Assembly: GCA_964035545.1 (NCBI GenBank)
Contig: OZ037768.1
Location: 8,650,741 to 8,714,740 of the forward strand
DNA: 64,000 nt
Source: Bugula neritina
Lineage: Eukaryota; Animalia; Bryozoa
Reading direction: 5' to 3'
The notes below the pieces were generated by a model. It worked only from the letters and a program-made list of their open reading frames with translations. It searched no databases and was not told the DNA's origin. The translations under genes and the position numbers were made by a program. Shown here in pieces: positions 42,501 to 56,556 of this stretch; the stretch's first letter is position 1, and each line of letters opens with the position of its first letter.

Positions 42501-45500
42501 TTAATTTTATTTAAAAAGAAGTTTTTTATAATTGGAAGATGTTTAGCATTGAGATTCTCCATATATTTTTGAGCATTAACATCATTCCAGAGCAACTACT
42601 GAGTCGGCCTACACTTTTTGATCTTATACAACCCCAGAACATAACACCGATAGGGTGCCTAATTGTTCGAAGAATACATTAGGGGTTATATTTCTCCTAC
42701 TGGTACCTTTTAACACAACAGTTTCCAGCATGATTGTGCACATTAAATATGGATTCATCTGAAAAAAATTACTTTTTTCTAATCATTCACTGTCTAATTA
42801 CCAGGCTCCCTGGCCCACCATAACCGGCTTTTTTGCTGCTTCTCAGTTGGTTGAGGCTTCCTCTTGCTTTGCGGCCATGTAAACCATGGCTCAGCAATCT
42901 TGCCTTATCAGGGATGTTGAAGCTGGTGTTCCTGTTGATTCTGACTATTCTTTGCCTACTCAAGACTTGTTTTATGGCAATCTTTCTTGCTGATCCCAAT
43001 GGGAACCTTGTCATCTCTAGGTGTGCTTATTTTTGGTCGGCCATTTTCAGGTCCATCTGCTACACTACCAATGTCCATAAACTTCTTGATAATTTGATGT
43101 ACAGTTGTCTTTACTTTGCCAACCTCTTCAGATATTTTCCTAATTGAATAACCCTCTTTGTGCAAGAAAATTATTACAAACTTTGCCTCTGAAGGAAGAT
43201 TTACAGCTCTCATTTAGTCTATGCGCAGCGCCCAAGTAGACACCATGTAAAAGCTCACAACTAAATGACATACTTCAAATTATAAAAGGAAGTCATACTT
43301 TATGATACCATGATGCCATGCGCAAAGTCAAATTTCCCTATTTAGCCTTTTGTGGTTATAAAAGTTGATAAACTTTGGTTACATAAAAATACAGGAGTTG
43401 CGCTTCCCTAGCGGCTTGTGCAGTTGGCCCAAAAATGGGTAGAAAACATCACAACAGCAAGAATTTAAAAGATAAAAATTGTAGAGCACATTCTAAGGGT
43501 CATTTTGATATATAGAACTTGCAGGAAAATATTAAGAACTTACAAGAAATGCCTATTAAACAAGATACATAGAAATTTCTGCAAGTGTCCTTAAACTTTT
43601 TCACATCACTGTAGTTTACATGTAGGTGATAGTTGTCTCATTAAGTTTTGTATTTTTTGTTGGGTAAATGGGTGTTTGTGAAAGACTCCGTTGAAAAACA
43701 ATCACTTATTTGGTAAAAAATAATTGATTTATTTATTTATCTTGATTTTTATTTATTTATTAATTATAAGTTATCTTTATCTTAAAGTCGTGTAGGTAAA
43801 TCTGCAGCTTATGCAAGTAACAATCACATTTCCTTTAACTTATATATTAAAATAGTAGTGATAATCTGCATCAAACAGTGTTTTGTGGCCTGAGTAGGCA
43901 GATGATATATTTTCAAAATTTGCTAAAGGTAATATAAAATCAATAAATTATACTTATGACTTTAACATGGTAGTCTGATGCATCAAGCACATAAACATTA
44001 TATTTACTCTACTAATTTAGTTTTATTATCTACCAGAAATCCAGCTTAAATCAATAATTACACCATAAATAATAATTTACTTGTTTTCTCACGTAAAGCT
44101 GTTTTTAGGAAAACTCATGTTAGACAGCATGATGAGAATTCTGGCTAGGATATGCCGAGGCATCCGTGGATTTTTGTCTCCTCCTAAACCTATACTGATT
44201 GCTATAAATGTCTTGGTTAGTGAGCAACAAGTCCTGCTCTTTTCCATTTGGTAACCTCACTTTGACTGGCAACATGACAGAATTGGCTGTATCGGCATCA
44301 AATTTGCTCATACAGTTGGGTTTTAGACATTTACAGAGTAATGTGGTGTTGGTATTATAGTCTGATTGGATAGTTGCACTCGGCAAAGAGCCGTGCTCTA
44401 GTACCATTTGTTGTGATGTGGAGTTGCTAGATGAATTGGATGTCATGTGTTCCTTAGTTGTTGGTCCCAGCTGTTTGCCTGTCAGCTCATTGGCAGCATT
44501 GCCAGCTGTGTGTTCTGCTGCTTGATTTGTATAAGTATCAGTTTCAATATAATCATCAGCATTTTCACTTACACTTATATCTGTTGGATCCATTTTGTCT
44601 GGACCCTTTAAACCCGCAGGTAAATGTTTATTGGATAAAGCTAGAGTCGTAGAAGATTTCATGGTAGTGACGATAGCAAATCTACCTGCACCTGAACCTG
44701 GATGCATAAATGGTTTTGACTTGTGATCTTTTGGTGTTGCTTTGAATGTTGTTTCCATGGAAACTAAATTTTGTGAACCAGTGTATGCTTCGCTAGGATC
44801 CAAGGCCGATCGGCTACGCTGATGCACTACTTGAACTTCTTGTTGTGAGACATCAGATAGACTTCGGCTTAGATGCTGGTTCAACTTATCTCTACTGGAC
44901 CCGTGTTTCTCTCCGCCTCCATTCATGACTAACGCTTTTGGTTTGCTTGCGGATTTCCGTAACCTGCGTAAAGTTCCATCCCAAATGCCTCTCACAAAGT
45001 GTAGTGATGGAGCTGCTTTATCCCTTTGTGACGAACTTAGCTGGTTGAAATATTGATCTTCTGGTTCACCAGGTTTTATTTGCTTTTTCGAATGTCTTTG
45101 TAAGGAGTTTTGACTGAAATTCTTGAATCTGCTCATCCTTCTACTCCCTCTATTGGTGTTAGTAATCTCAAACTGCATATCATCGTTGTCAATCGTCATG
45201 CCAACCGAGCTGCTTGAAATTCCTGAAGCTGATCTTTGATGGTGAATCTTGGTTATTTTAGTTCTCTCCAAGGTGCCTGCTAAAGAGCCGTTTGGTGTGG
45301 CGAGCGTTTGTGTTACTTTTGGCAAATTTTCTGGTGCTGTTGGTACCACAACGTCTAGACTGTGACCCACTGAATTATTTATAGCTTCCTCATCTGTAGC
45401 ATGAGGCCTTGGTTTGTTTTTCAAAAAGCGTTTGCTTCGTTTTAAGCTTTTATTAAAGGCTATATTTACTACTGAATCTCTTTTCTCATCTTCTGGCTCT

Positions 45501-48500
45501 GAATCTGAACAGTCTCTTACCGTCCTTTTTACCACTAGTCTTAAATATTCACTCTTGTTATCACAATCTATGACTATTGGTTCGGCACAGATGGCACTTA
45601 TAGAGTTTCTAGCTGTCAAAGACATTCTACCTCCTCCTGGTTTCTTGGAGTTCAGAGCAAGACTTTCTGTCTCAATGCATGCAATTGATTGGCTCCGAAT
45701 CTCTTTTGAACTGCTTACTTTGCTGAGGCTGTTTAATTTGCTAGCATAGATGCCCCTGTTATGAGGTTGTGGCGATTTTAATTTTGGATTTGCAGTTGAA
45801 GAAAAAGGTATTCCATTTTCCTCGTTTATGATATGCTGCATTGCCGGGTAATTAATGCTAAATCTCCTACTCTGATGTGGTTTCTTATTTTCAATTTGTA
45901 TTTGTATGGGAGACACTTGCTCAGTTTCTACGATTTCTCTGTTACATCCCAATGGTGAGAGTTTGAGCTGATCAGAAGTTTGGGATGACTTAGTGGAAGC
46001 ATCCTCAGGGTTGTAATCATTAGATCCACCCACTCCAGAATCAAAGCTATATGCCGGTTCTGTTGGTTTCTCGGCTACCTTAGTTCTGCTCACCTTGAAG
46101 CTTTGCCGGATTTCGTAAGTGTCATATTTGTCAGACGTGCTGATGGTTAAATTTAGCAACTTCTTAATTCTGATTTTGAATCGTCGAATCCGAGCAGCGT
46201 ATATTGCAGGGTTGATGGCCGAGCTGGCTGGAGGAAACAACATGGCGGTTATTCTAACAATTGTCAGGATCTGATCTGCAACAGAATGGATCTGTTGACT
46301 CCAGTAAACATTTTGTTTTATTGGAATAAAATATTTACCGTCATCAATGTATGTCTGGATTAAGCTTTAGATTTATAATAACATGCCATGATTAAATTAA
46401 TCATTTAGTTATAAATGTGCATTTAGAGTTTCAACTTTGAACAAAATATTTGAAACACTGGTTAGTGTAAAAGTGAAATATTTTAGTCTAGTTATCACCT
46501 TTAACTGCTTACGTTCCCAGTTACCCGTAATTTGTCATTTCTTTATAAAATTACTAATTTGCTGATTCACCTCTAAATTACTCGACAGTTTAAGTTGTAC
46601 TTACTGTCTTTTAAATTTCCATACACTGTAGCTGATAGGAGGATTGTAAATGGTAACCAAAATAGTATAAATAAACCCAAAAGTATGAAGCCTGTTCGAG
46701 CTAGTCTTACATTCTGCATGTTTTTCTTGTCACATGAAGATACCTGGTAAACATACATAAGTGCTAGTAGCATTTATATGTGTAATTTAAATGGTCATTT
46801 AAACAATTGTATGCTCTCAACACAAGCGTCATACACTATCTGCCTAATACTAAAAAACACATTACTGAAAATATAAACTATAAAATTTAACTTTAAAAAC
46901 TTTTTCTACAAACTCAATGTAACTAAAAATAGTAATGCTTGTGTGTAACTTATTTCATCTTTTAACTTTTGATAAAAAGTTATAAAAAATTATTATTCAG
47001 ATTTTTGAGGAATTGGCTTACCTGTACAACTAGTAGTTCTATACTTTTAATTTGCTGTCTGGCTACAATCAATATCTTTATATACACTACGATGACACTG
47101 CCAAAGAGAAGGTAGGCTATTGGCAGCACAATGTAAGCCCAGTATTTTGGTGGTATGACACTCAACAAATCACAGTCAGCCTGTAAGATAAAAGGAAATT
47201 AGTATATTAAAAATCTCTCTCAACAGCTGCTCTATTCTTTTTGTATATGTGTAACCTATAGGCAACATTCCATTATTATGTTCTATATAAATTTTCTAGG
47301 TTATATTTAAAATTGCTCTAGACAGCATTTAAATTGTTCAAAGATTTCCTATTTATCCAGCTCTATATAGTAGATGAATAACAACTGAGGTGCCGATGCA
47401 AGCAAATAACGAGCTTCCATGCAAAACGAGTAACTTCCTCTAAATTTCTCGAATCAAACACATTTCAGCTATCAAACCTTTTGGATAAAAAACTGAAATC
47501 TTTGTTTTTATGTCTATGCTGTACACTTTTTGCATTATAAATACAAGCTGTGTGGGTGAAAAAGATCAAAATATGTGACAGCTAACATTAAACGCTGGCC
47601 AAAGTTACAGTGTGAGTGACACTTAAACAGTCATTCACATCACAAGCTCCGTTTATTGTATCTAATTCCTATTTCCTGTTTTTAATTTCCTATTATCGTT
47701 TGTGGAAAATTTTCTAGAAACACCAGTAGCACTGGAAACTTTTTTTGTAATGCATAGAATACAGTTACATGAAATTAATATCATACATTCTAAGTTGTTC
47801 ATTTACTTTTAATCTCTAAACTCTGAACAAAATTCGACAGATTCTAGCAAACTGTTTGCAATTGGCCAATCTGTGGCAAACAGTGTTGTCATTTAAAACA
47901 AGACTAGCCATTAGAAAATGCTTGTCATTTCCAAATTTCTAAAACTTTAAACATTTGTCTGAGCTGCTGATTAGTTACTTTGGACTGGGATGTACGATTG
48001 AAAGTTTAAGTAAAAGGAAGAAAACTAAGCTTTAATATTCAAAAAGATTCATTATGATAGTATTTTTTGTAGAAAAAATATGTTACTTATTTTATATCAG
48101 TTCTTGGCTGTTAGTTCCCTTTTATGAGTGCAGTTCATAACATATTAAATAATATACTAAAAAGGAGTGATAGTCAGACTTACTTTGCTAGAAATATTGA
48201 GTGAGCTGGTATGTAGTAGAGCGAATGGAATGATGCCCATTATTAGTATAGTTAGAATCCAGGCCATGGCAACCAGGGTGTGCCGTCTTCCTTTCGTGAA
48301 TATTTGTTGGTGATGAAACGGATACACCACAGATAAATATCTTTCCACTGTTATCAGAAGCAGGCATAGAGTACTGCTGCCTAAGGGAATTGCTAAAAAG
48401 AGTTATATGCACATGTGTATCAGCAGCTGCTTGTGTTGGTCACATCATAGACCTCTATAGTCACACCATAGACCTCTATAGTTACACCATAGACCTCTAT

Positions 48501-50591
48501 CGTCACTACATGTAGCCTTTTTAGTAAAATGTTGACACCAAATGATTGGAAATTAATTCCTATTTAGAGATTTCTCTTTTGCTGTGTTTTGACTGGTTTC
48601 TCACTCTTAATCCTGAGACTAATCAGGTCAACCACAATGTCACATAATCTGCCTAACTAATTAGCATTATTTTATTAAGTATTATTAGTTGTGAGTAAAT
48701 TTTGAGAAGTGGTCATTACTTGTTTACTGCAGCACAATACCTAAACTCTGCTTTCACTCAGTATTGATATTTAAATATCTAATTGTCAAGATAGTTTAAA
48801 ACTACTATAAGGATAACATGATAATATTATATTATAGTCTGTAGACCCTGCGATATAAAATATAATAAACTGAAAAGAAGTCTACTCATTTAAATTATTT
48901 ACTGGTGGAACAAAAAGCTGTTTACTGGTGGAACATAATGCATTTTTGCATCTTATAATGAAACTTTCAGCTCATGCATTTTGGTTAATGTCTTTTCAGT
49001 GTAATTTTATCAGCACTAATTGCTGAAGGTTACATCTGATCATATCTTAATGAATATACACTTTGTAATTGAGCATGGCAACATTTGCCCTCTACACGCA
49101 GTACAACAGCTACAGGTTCTCATCCACACTTACGATGTCTTCATTACTACATAATATAAAGGTTTCACCTACCTATTACTGAGAACTGTACAATACAAAA
49201 CCATTTAGACATGGAATCAGCTGGTACGTAGTATATAGCTGTACTTATTGGTATTGTAATGCCAACTATCAAATCGGCTATCACAAGGTTCACCAGGAAG
49301 AAGTTGCTGACTGTACGAAGTTTTCGGTCAGATATATAAGCAGCAATAACCAGTCCGTTGCCAAATAGTATTATGACTGCCATAATTAGCTCTACTATTG
49401 TTACTGGTATCTCAAACGGGAATTTTTCAAGTAGATGTTCATCTCCTATATCGTTTCCTGAGTTGGTGTGGAAACAGTTCTCCAGGTTCTTACAATTATC
49501 AGCCATTGCCCCTTTCGAACCTCCAATATCACTCTGCAAGATCACTTTATTTACAATATTCTACTATTATGTCTTTGATTTTGCATCATAAATGTTCCTT
49601 TAAATAGCCTATAAGCTTTCTAAACTACTCTCAAAGATATTCATTCTACCATGGTGGGCAAACAAATACGACCATTAACCAAATTAGCGCCTTAGACTTA
49701 CAACAAAAATCGACTTGGAACATTTCAATGTGGTTGAATGTTTTGAAAAATCTCTAAAATTGTGTTTTTTGCACATTCAAAAGTCCCAATTAATTGATGG
49801 GAGTAATAGATATAATATACATGAATGGGTATCTCCCATATCTAAATTACCTATTTTAGTATCAGCTTACTATCCTTTCTTCTTCCCATGCTCAGTAGAG
49901 AGCTGCAGATGGTAAACTGTTCTCACTGCTAGGTTTAATCTGACTGGCTATTCATCACTCTCTGAAGCTTCATACTTAATACTGGTTTCTAGTGATTGGC
50001 TAATTAATCTGATAATCCGGAACAACTAATCCTTCAGCAACACTCATTTTCTTATTCTAATTGAATCGATTTGACATGCTAACTCATTACTACAGATTCC
50101 CATTGAGATAAAGCTGCTGATTATGCTAACTAAATATATACAAAGTGTTATAACCCAGAAATGCCACAAAGGACTAGATGTACAGCTGGTGAAAAGCTAC
50201 AGTTTGCTATATTTTTAAATTGTTTGAACCTGTACCTCGGTGAATGGTGCATTAGGGCCATATAAATAGTTGATACAGAATCTTCACCTACCAGCGTCTA
50301 GTTGGAGTAGAATATTTTTTACATTTCAGCTAATTTTTAACGAATAGGGTGATTTCAAGTGGTAGTATTTAATGCTTGTACATATAATATTGCCCTCGGG
50401 TGCACTATTAAAAAACAAACATTCGTATTATAACTTGTAGTGGCACTTTATAATTAAGTATACAATATTTTAATCAGGGGAGTGGAAAAAGTTTTATAAA
50501 CAAATGTAAGCATATGCTACTACAATGTTCTGATGTTGTTTTAGGTCAAGACCTGAGACTCAGTGAAAGTTCTGAAGATGATAGTGACTGA
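36591..50591 (+). CDS. EAF1: ELL-associated factor (EAF1/2 family), 7 coding exons
   Basis: Exons 36591-36696, 37265-37359, 37902-38038, 39149-39351, 39507-39608, 41447-41524, 50545-50591, with consistent phases. Translation includes [56 protein letters not shown], a Ser/Asp tract, and the family C-terminus [19 protein letters not shown]. Confidence 0.93.
39718..39915. repeat. (TATAG/TGTAG)n degenerate microsatellite
   Basis: Directly visible pentamer tract in an EAF intron. Confidence 0.85.
41840..43611 (-). mobile_element. Tc1-family DNA transposon, full length (1772 bp), defective
   Basis: TA flanks on both sides; 25-bp terminal inverted repeats CAGTG(C/A)TGTGAAAAAGTTTAAGGAC; internal transposase remnants. 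Confidence 0.95.
42191..43213 (-). pseudogene. Tc1 (DD34E-type) transposase pseudogene
   Basis: HTH/GRP region ([28 protein letters not shown]) and catalytic region ([24 protein letters not shown]) lie in different frames; the Glu of the usual DLNPIE motif is replaced by Arg. Confidence 0.9.
44120..49506 (-). CDS. Class A (rhodopsin-like) GPCR with very long C-terminal tail, about 998 aa; nested in an EAF intron
   Basis: Exons 49506-49173, 48392-48184, 47180-47022, 46743-46605, 46275-44120, phases consistent (2997 nt). Motifs: TM1 GNGLV, TM2 NLVIADL, TM3 C..ERY, TM4 W, TM6 FWLPF, TM7 NPAIY. Ligand class not assignable. Confidence 0.92.
48446..48506. repeat. 21-bp minisatellite (CATAGACCTCTATAGTCACAC), about 3 copies
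   Basis: Directly visible in GPCR intron 1. Confidence 0.9.
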
Positions 50592-51488
50592 CTTTATTGA
50601 AGAGATACTTGGGTTACCTTATTGACACACCATTATTATCAACACAGGGGATCGCTTATTTCATCCAAATTCACAGTCCTGAATTAGCATAGAATAACTA
50701 TACTATTGATCAACCAATGGTAATAAAATAACTTTATATAGTTGATAATGTAATGAGATTCAAATTCTAAAATTGTCAGATTTCAACTACTTCTACCTTC
50801 CCGTGATCTCAAACAATTAATTTCAGAAGCTGTAAACATTGTGAGGAAGTCTTGGCCAAGCATTGTGTCTTCATGTTGGATCACTTAGTATTGCAATATT
50901 AAAATGCACTGTTTTGTTATTTAATTGATATTAATACTACATGATTATAATGTAACCAAACAAGTGGCCATATGACTTGCTAGTTCTGTGGACAATAGAT
51001 CTTCAATTTTGCATGTAAAATAATTATAGTTTAATTTATTTAAAATACCCGTCATAAATATTAATTTTTTTAAGCACAACTTTAATACTAATAAAATTTT
51101 GCTCTATACGGATAACAGTATAGAACAAGATAATACCTAAGATTAGTTCTGGGTATGAGTAGGAGACATTATTTATGCTTCGCCATAATAAACGAGACAA
51201 ACCATATACTAATAGATGATTACAAGATTTTATTGGAGTAAAAGAAATTGTTGAGTTGATAGAAATAACAGTATAGTTACCAATAGTAAACTACAGTTAT
51301 TGTTGATCATATTATTTATAATGTACATTTCAAGCTACAGCAGGCTGGCAAGCAGACAGTGTTCAACTTACCACAATTATCAACAACTCCAAGTAAAAGA
51401 TACTGGTATAAACATGAGTCTATGACATCAATATTATGGTGTGCACATAAAAACCACAACCACCTGTATTTTTTTGTTACAATTATTG

Positions 51489-54400
51489 CTAAGATTCTGC
51501 AGCTTTAGTTTTAGATTTTTTATTTAATAACTTGTTTCTTTGATGCTTGTTAAGCCTGGTACGTTCTCTTATTCTCTTCTCCCATTTCTCCTGCACCATA
51601 GTATAGAGTCTCATTGTAGCTTGAGCATCTTGTATCTAAAACAGACAACTACTGCAATACACCGATGTAAATGGCTACTTGATGATTCATTGCAAGTCCA
51701 TAAATTCAGAAAATTAGCAGTAAAGCCAGCAAATTGTATAATTCACAACTTCTCCAGAGATTTATACTCAACCTGAGACATTCCATACGTTTGGGAGTTT
51801 TCTCAAGTTCTCATAAATATTCAGATTAGGAATTGTAATTTCCTTTATAATAGTCAGTTTTAAAAGCTAAGTTCTACTAGAAGGTGAATTCTGGACGTAG
51901 TAGCTACTATACTTGAAAAAGGACACTCGAGCAAATCTTTATCAATGAATGTCACACTGTATTTATCTAGGTAGAGGAATGCATAATCCAATTGCTACAC
52001 ATATCAATAATGTCTTCATACCATTTTCCAGCCATTTCAACATGTAAAAACCATATAATTACTGAGCAACCACAGTGTTAAATCTTACCGAACTATGTTC
52101 ACCACTTTGTATTTTTATGCCTAGGACTTTTTGTGCCAGCATTTTCAGACTAGGTTTCCTGCCGCCAACTAAATTTCTAAAGCCAGGGTACTTTTGAGTA
52201 TCTCTCACATATTTCTTGGGATGATTTAGAAAAAGCACCTACAACAGGCCCATATTAAATACTATGCAACGCATCAGTTGAAGGTAAGGAAATCCTGCAG
52301 ATTAGAAAACTAGGAGTTTTGGAAAAATAAACCTGAAACACTAAAAGATGAGGTTTAGTAGAATAATGCTGTGGTAATAGGCGGAAATACATTACATTAA
52401 GTGAAGTTTAATGATTAGTCACAGTGTAGCACACAATATATCTTAGCAGATCAATTATTTTTACTTAGCAATTATCTACTAATCCTGTTTTCTATTTACT
52501 GAGAAAGATTCATTGGCTGTGAACTGAATATTTTAAACATCTTAGCAAGTTGTTAAGTTTTATTTCAAGGATATAAATTGTATATAATCCAAATCTTGTA
52601 GTGCATGGCCTTCATATAAAGAACCCTACAATATTTCGCCATCAGATAATCTGACCAAATGCTAAATATATAATAAAATTGGAGCAGCTGTGGTGTGGTG
52701 TAGTCGCTAGATTGTTGGCCTGGTAAACACTTGGTCAGTGATACAGTCCAAACACCAGTGGTGATGTTAGGGAGAGCATCCAGTCATAATTACTCCTAAA
52801 CCAAAAGATCTTTCCACCATAGGTTCTCACGGGATAAAGACTATAAACTCATGCCAGTGAAATATATATTGGGATTTATCTGGTTAGCAATTCCCAATAA
52901 AACAAACCAGCAGTAATCTTACATTCATTTTACAACCAATACATTTTGATTAACTTGAACTTACTAATAATTAGATGCTAGCCATGGATTGAGAGTGAAA
53001 AGCTACAACTTCAGTTAAAATTGACGAATAACTGAAATACAGTACAATCCCATTAGAATACAATATCTCAGCTATGTTCGTTAATAGCTGCCTAACTTAA
53101 AAATAATGAAATATATCAATTTTATACTGACTTTTTCATCATTACTAATAGAGTGACCAACTAACAGCCTCCCTTTAAACATTTCATTCACTTCTTTTTG
53201 CACAGTCTCCAAATCTTCAGCTACAAAAAACATTACCGGAAGTTGTCTTTTTAAAAAAGAACATTAATAGTTTACCAATAATGTTGTTAACTAAGCTTGC
53301 CTGACATTATTGCCAAAATCTTAAATTTAGCAGTGCAGCTTACATTGAGGATCAATTCCTTATGTACGTTGAAATCAAGAAGTGAGATTGATTAGTAAAT
53401 GAGTAATGCTGAGCAAACGCATCTTAACATGTGCTTTCATGATGCCAAGGCACTGCTCACATACAAAATTTCATTAAAATAAATGCTAGTCAAAGAATGT
53501 AAGCGATAACTAGACTGTAGATTGTAATCAAGTAGCTCAAAAAATGAGAGCACAACTCCTAATGAACTAGAAATATGGCTCGGAGCAGAGCATTAAAAAG
53601 AACTCATAGTATTCGAACTTAGATAGTATTATGAAGGACACACTTTAGAAAAACCAATTATAATTTATTCTAGCAGCTAAACTAAAATGACTGCTACATT
53701 AAACATTAGAAGCTCTGTGTCAACAAATTGAACGTAGTGTTTCATGCTAAGAAGTACATACAGAAAAACAACTTTATAGTTTTCGGTAAATAAAGTATTA
53801 AAAAAGTAAATATTAATTACATAATATAGAATTTGTGACAAATTACCATCCTCGAGATCTTCTGGTCTCACACCGCTCACCCAAGTTCTATAATCTGTCA
53901 CTTCTTCTTTAGGCTTCACAAATTTATCATAAACACAGTGTCCGTATTGATTGACGACAGAGATGCGAGCTAACACAGAATCATCACCAGACGGCCCCAC
54001 GCCAACCATTTCACAATCCATAGCTAAGCACTTTGTCAGTCTGAAAATAAATCTGAACATCATTGTATCTCTAACCACCATGTCTCAATTTAATCCAAGA
54101 CATGTATGCAAGTGTTGAACAATCAACAGTTGATATGCATGGAGTGTCGATTATGTAGAACTTAAACTTACACTGCTTTAGTTCCTGGCTTAATCAGTAC
54201 ATCAGTACTGCCATTTTCATCGATGCCTGTGTGATCCTCTTGTACTGGTTTCTCAATAAATATATTTTCAACATCGTCAAACCACAGTTCATGTTCCCTA
54301 AGATAAACATAAAATAATAATTGAAAATCACTAATAAGAAAGTTAATTTCAACTTCAACGAAGATAATAAATTGAAGACAGCTTAAAACTCACAAAGTAG

Positions 54401-55058
54401 AAATTCAGATATTAAAAAGTGTGTGAATGATACTGAACTTTACAGGAGATTTTTCCTCAATAGGTTTTTGCTTAGGACTCTCTATTTTTTTCTTTTTGAT
54501 TCCAAGTTTCTAAAAATAAATTGCCATTCCACCAACTATAAATCATTACAACTAAACAAAATTAAAGCAAAAAGTTATCAAGAAGCATTGTACGAATGAT
54601 TAAGGAGAACAAAAACTTTAAAATCATCAGAATACCTTGGAAAGGTCCTTCCAATTTTTATCTATCTCTTGGTCATGCAACATGTCTACAGCATCTGTGA
54701 TTTGGGGAGTTTTCTGTATTGTTTTCTGTTTGGCATTTTTTCTTTTCGGTCTAGGTTTAGCATTTTTAGTGTGCGCTTCTGATGTGGAACATTTTGCAGT
54801 TTTAATGTGATCACCAACTGTTTTCTTCTTTTTAACAATGTTTTTGGTGGCAGTTATTTGAGAATCTTTATCAATATCTACAGCAATTTTAGAAGATTTT
54901 GTGAGCTTCTTTGTAGATCTAGATTTTGCTTTCAAAGCTTCCTTTTTCTTGACTTTTAATTTAAGAGTTTGATTTTTTATTGATCTTCGCTGTCTTTTGC
55001 TAAGTTTTTTCTGCGCGTCTTCTTTTGTAGGCAGATCAGAATTTATACTCATTATCAT
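51489..55058 (-). CDS. REXO4: RNA exonuclease 4 (DEDDh)
   Basis: Lys-rich N-terminus, [82 protein letters not shown]. Approximate exons: 55058-54636, 54509-54439, 54297-54171, 54040-53847, 53220-53132, 52238-52089, 51635-51489. Confidence 0.94.
52690..52815 (+). mobile_element. Possible degenerate tRNA-derived SINE
   Basis: A-box-like TGGTGTAGTCG, weak B-box-like GTCCAAAC, then GGGAGAGCATCCAG resembling the GGAAGGGCATCC motif of some invertebrate SINE cores. A similar head may lie on the minus strand near 10570-10600. Confidence 0.35.
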
Positions 55059-56556
55059 CAAGTCAATCTATTAATATGAAAGTATTTTTAATAAGCAATG
55101 CATTTAGATGAGAACATTAAGTTAGCGGCAAGAAATTACAAAATTGATACCGAATGTATCATCTACCAAAGCTTATAATCCAAGACACATCTCTATAACA
55201 CGTCATGTATTATACACGTAACTCTCTCCAAATCCATATGAATAAAATTAACCTAATAATTTACCAAATTTATCAGAGCAAGAATTATAATAAACATTTT
55301 ATTGAAGTCAATAAACTTTTATATCAATTAAGTACGTACTATTTTTTGCGAATGTAGGATACATTTGTGATATTTTGCTGCTGAAATAAGGTGATTACAT
55401 TAATAATAAATGTGAACAATGTTGACCCGATTCGAAGTTTGTGGAGATGTGAAGCCTAATTATTGACAAATTATAAGCCTGAGTTGTTAACATTAGATTT
55501 ACAAATTCCATTGTTTGAGTTGCAAATTAAACAAAATCTTAATCATCACCACTACTAGCCGCTTCCCAAGGTTTGATAATGATAAAATTAAAAAACAGTG
55601 TTGGTATTTATTTTTTTAATATTTTTCGTAAAAGTGGTAATAGTTCAATAATTCTAGCAGCTGTTATATAGCTATGTTGAGACGGCATCAGTAATTGCAA
55701 CATGTCCAAATTGATATTTAATTTTTCCTAATTTAATTTGAGTCTAAAGGATTTTATTTGCTTGTATTGTTCTAATTCCCATACCATTACTACTATTTAT
55801 ACATCAATAAAAACACGTTTGTTTGACAGCATAACAAGCGTCAATTGAAAAGGTAACTAGTGTCCACAAAAACAAGGTGCGTACAAAAACTAAAATTAGT
55901 GTATTGGGAATAAAAGATGAAAACTTCCAATAATACGCAACAAGCTTGAATATTTTTTTGGTTGCAAATTTTCTTAAAATCTTTATATTAGGCTATTTTG
56001 TTAGTGGTCTTTGCTTGGTTTATTTTCAACATTACACGTAAATCTGTCTCCCCCTCCCATCACCAGAACTTACTCAAAAATGGGGAATTAGACTTGTGGT
56101 GCCATCTACTAATACTAATATCACTCTAATACTACAACAAATAGTAAGTTTTAATTCATCACCATGTCTATGACTATGACCATCACCATGACTATGAGTT
56201 TTGGTATGAGTATGACCATAACAGTCGGAGTCACAGCATCACTATGACTAACACACTCATACTCTTATTTTGACTTTTACAGTTACTGTGTCTTTAAGAT
56301 ATATTTATAATTATTAGTTATCATTATGATTATGACTTACAGTTAATGTTACTCATAGTCAAACTGATACTGATTCAACTTTGTAGTGACAGTCACACTC
56401 ATACGCACTCTCAGTATAATTATAATCATAATGGCCTTGAACTTTATAACTACAAGTATATGTATAATTATTTTTATTAGTATACATATTGATATTGTAC
56501 TTGATATATTATATTTATAATAATTATAATCAGATTTTTATTAATAATAATGTTAA

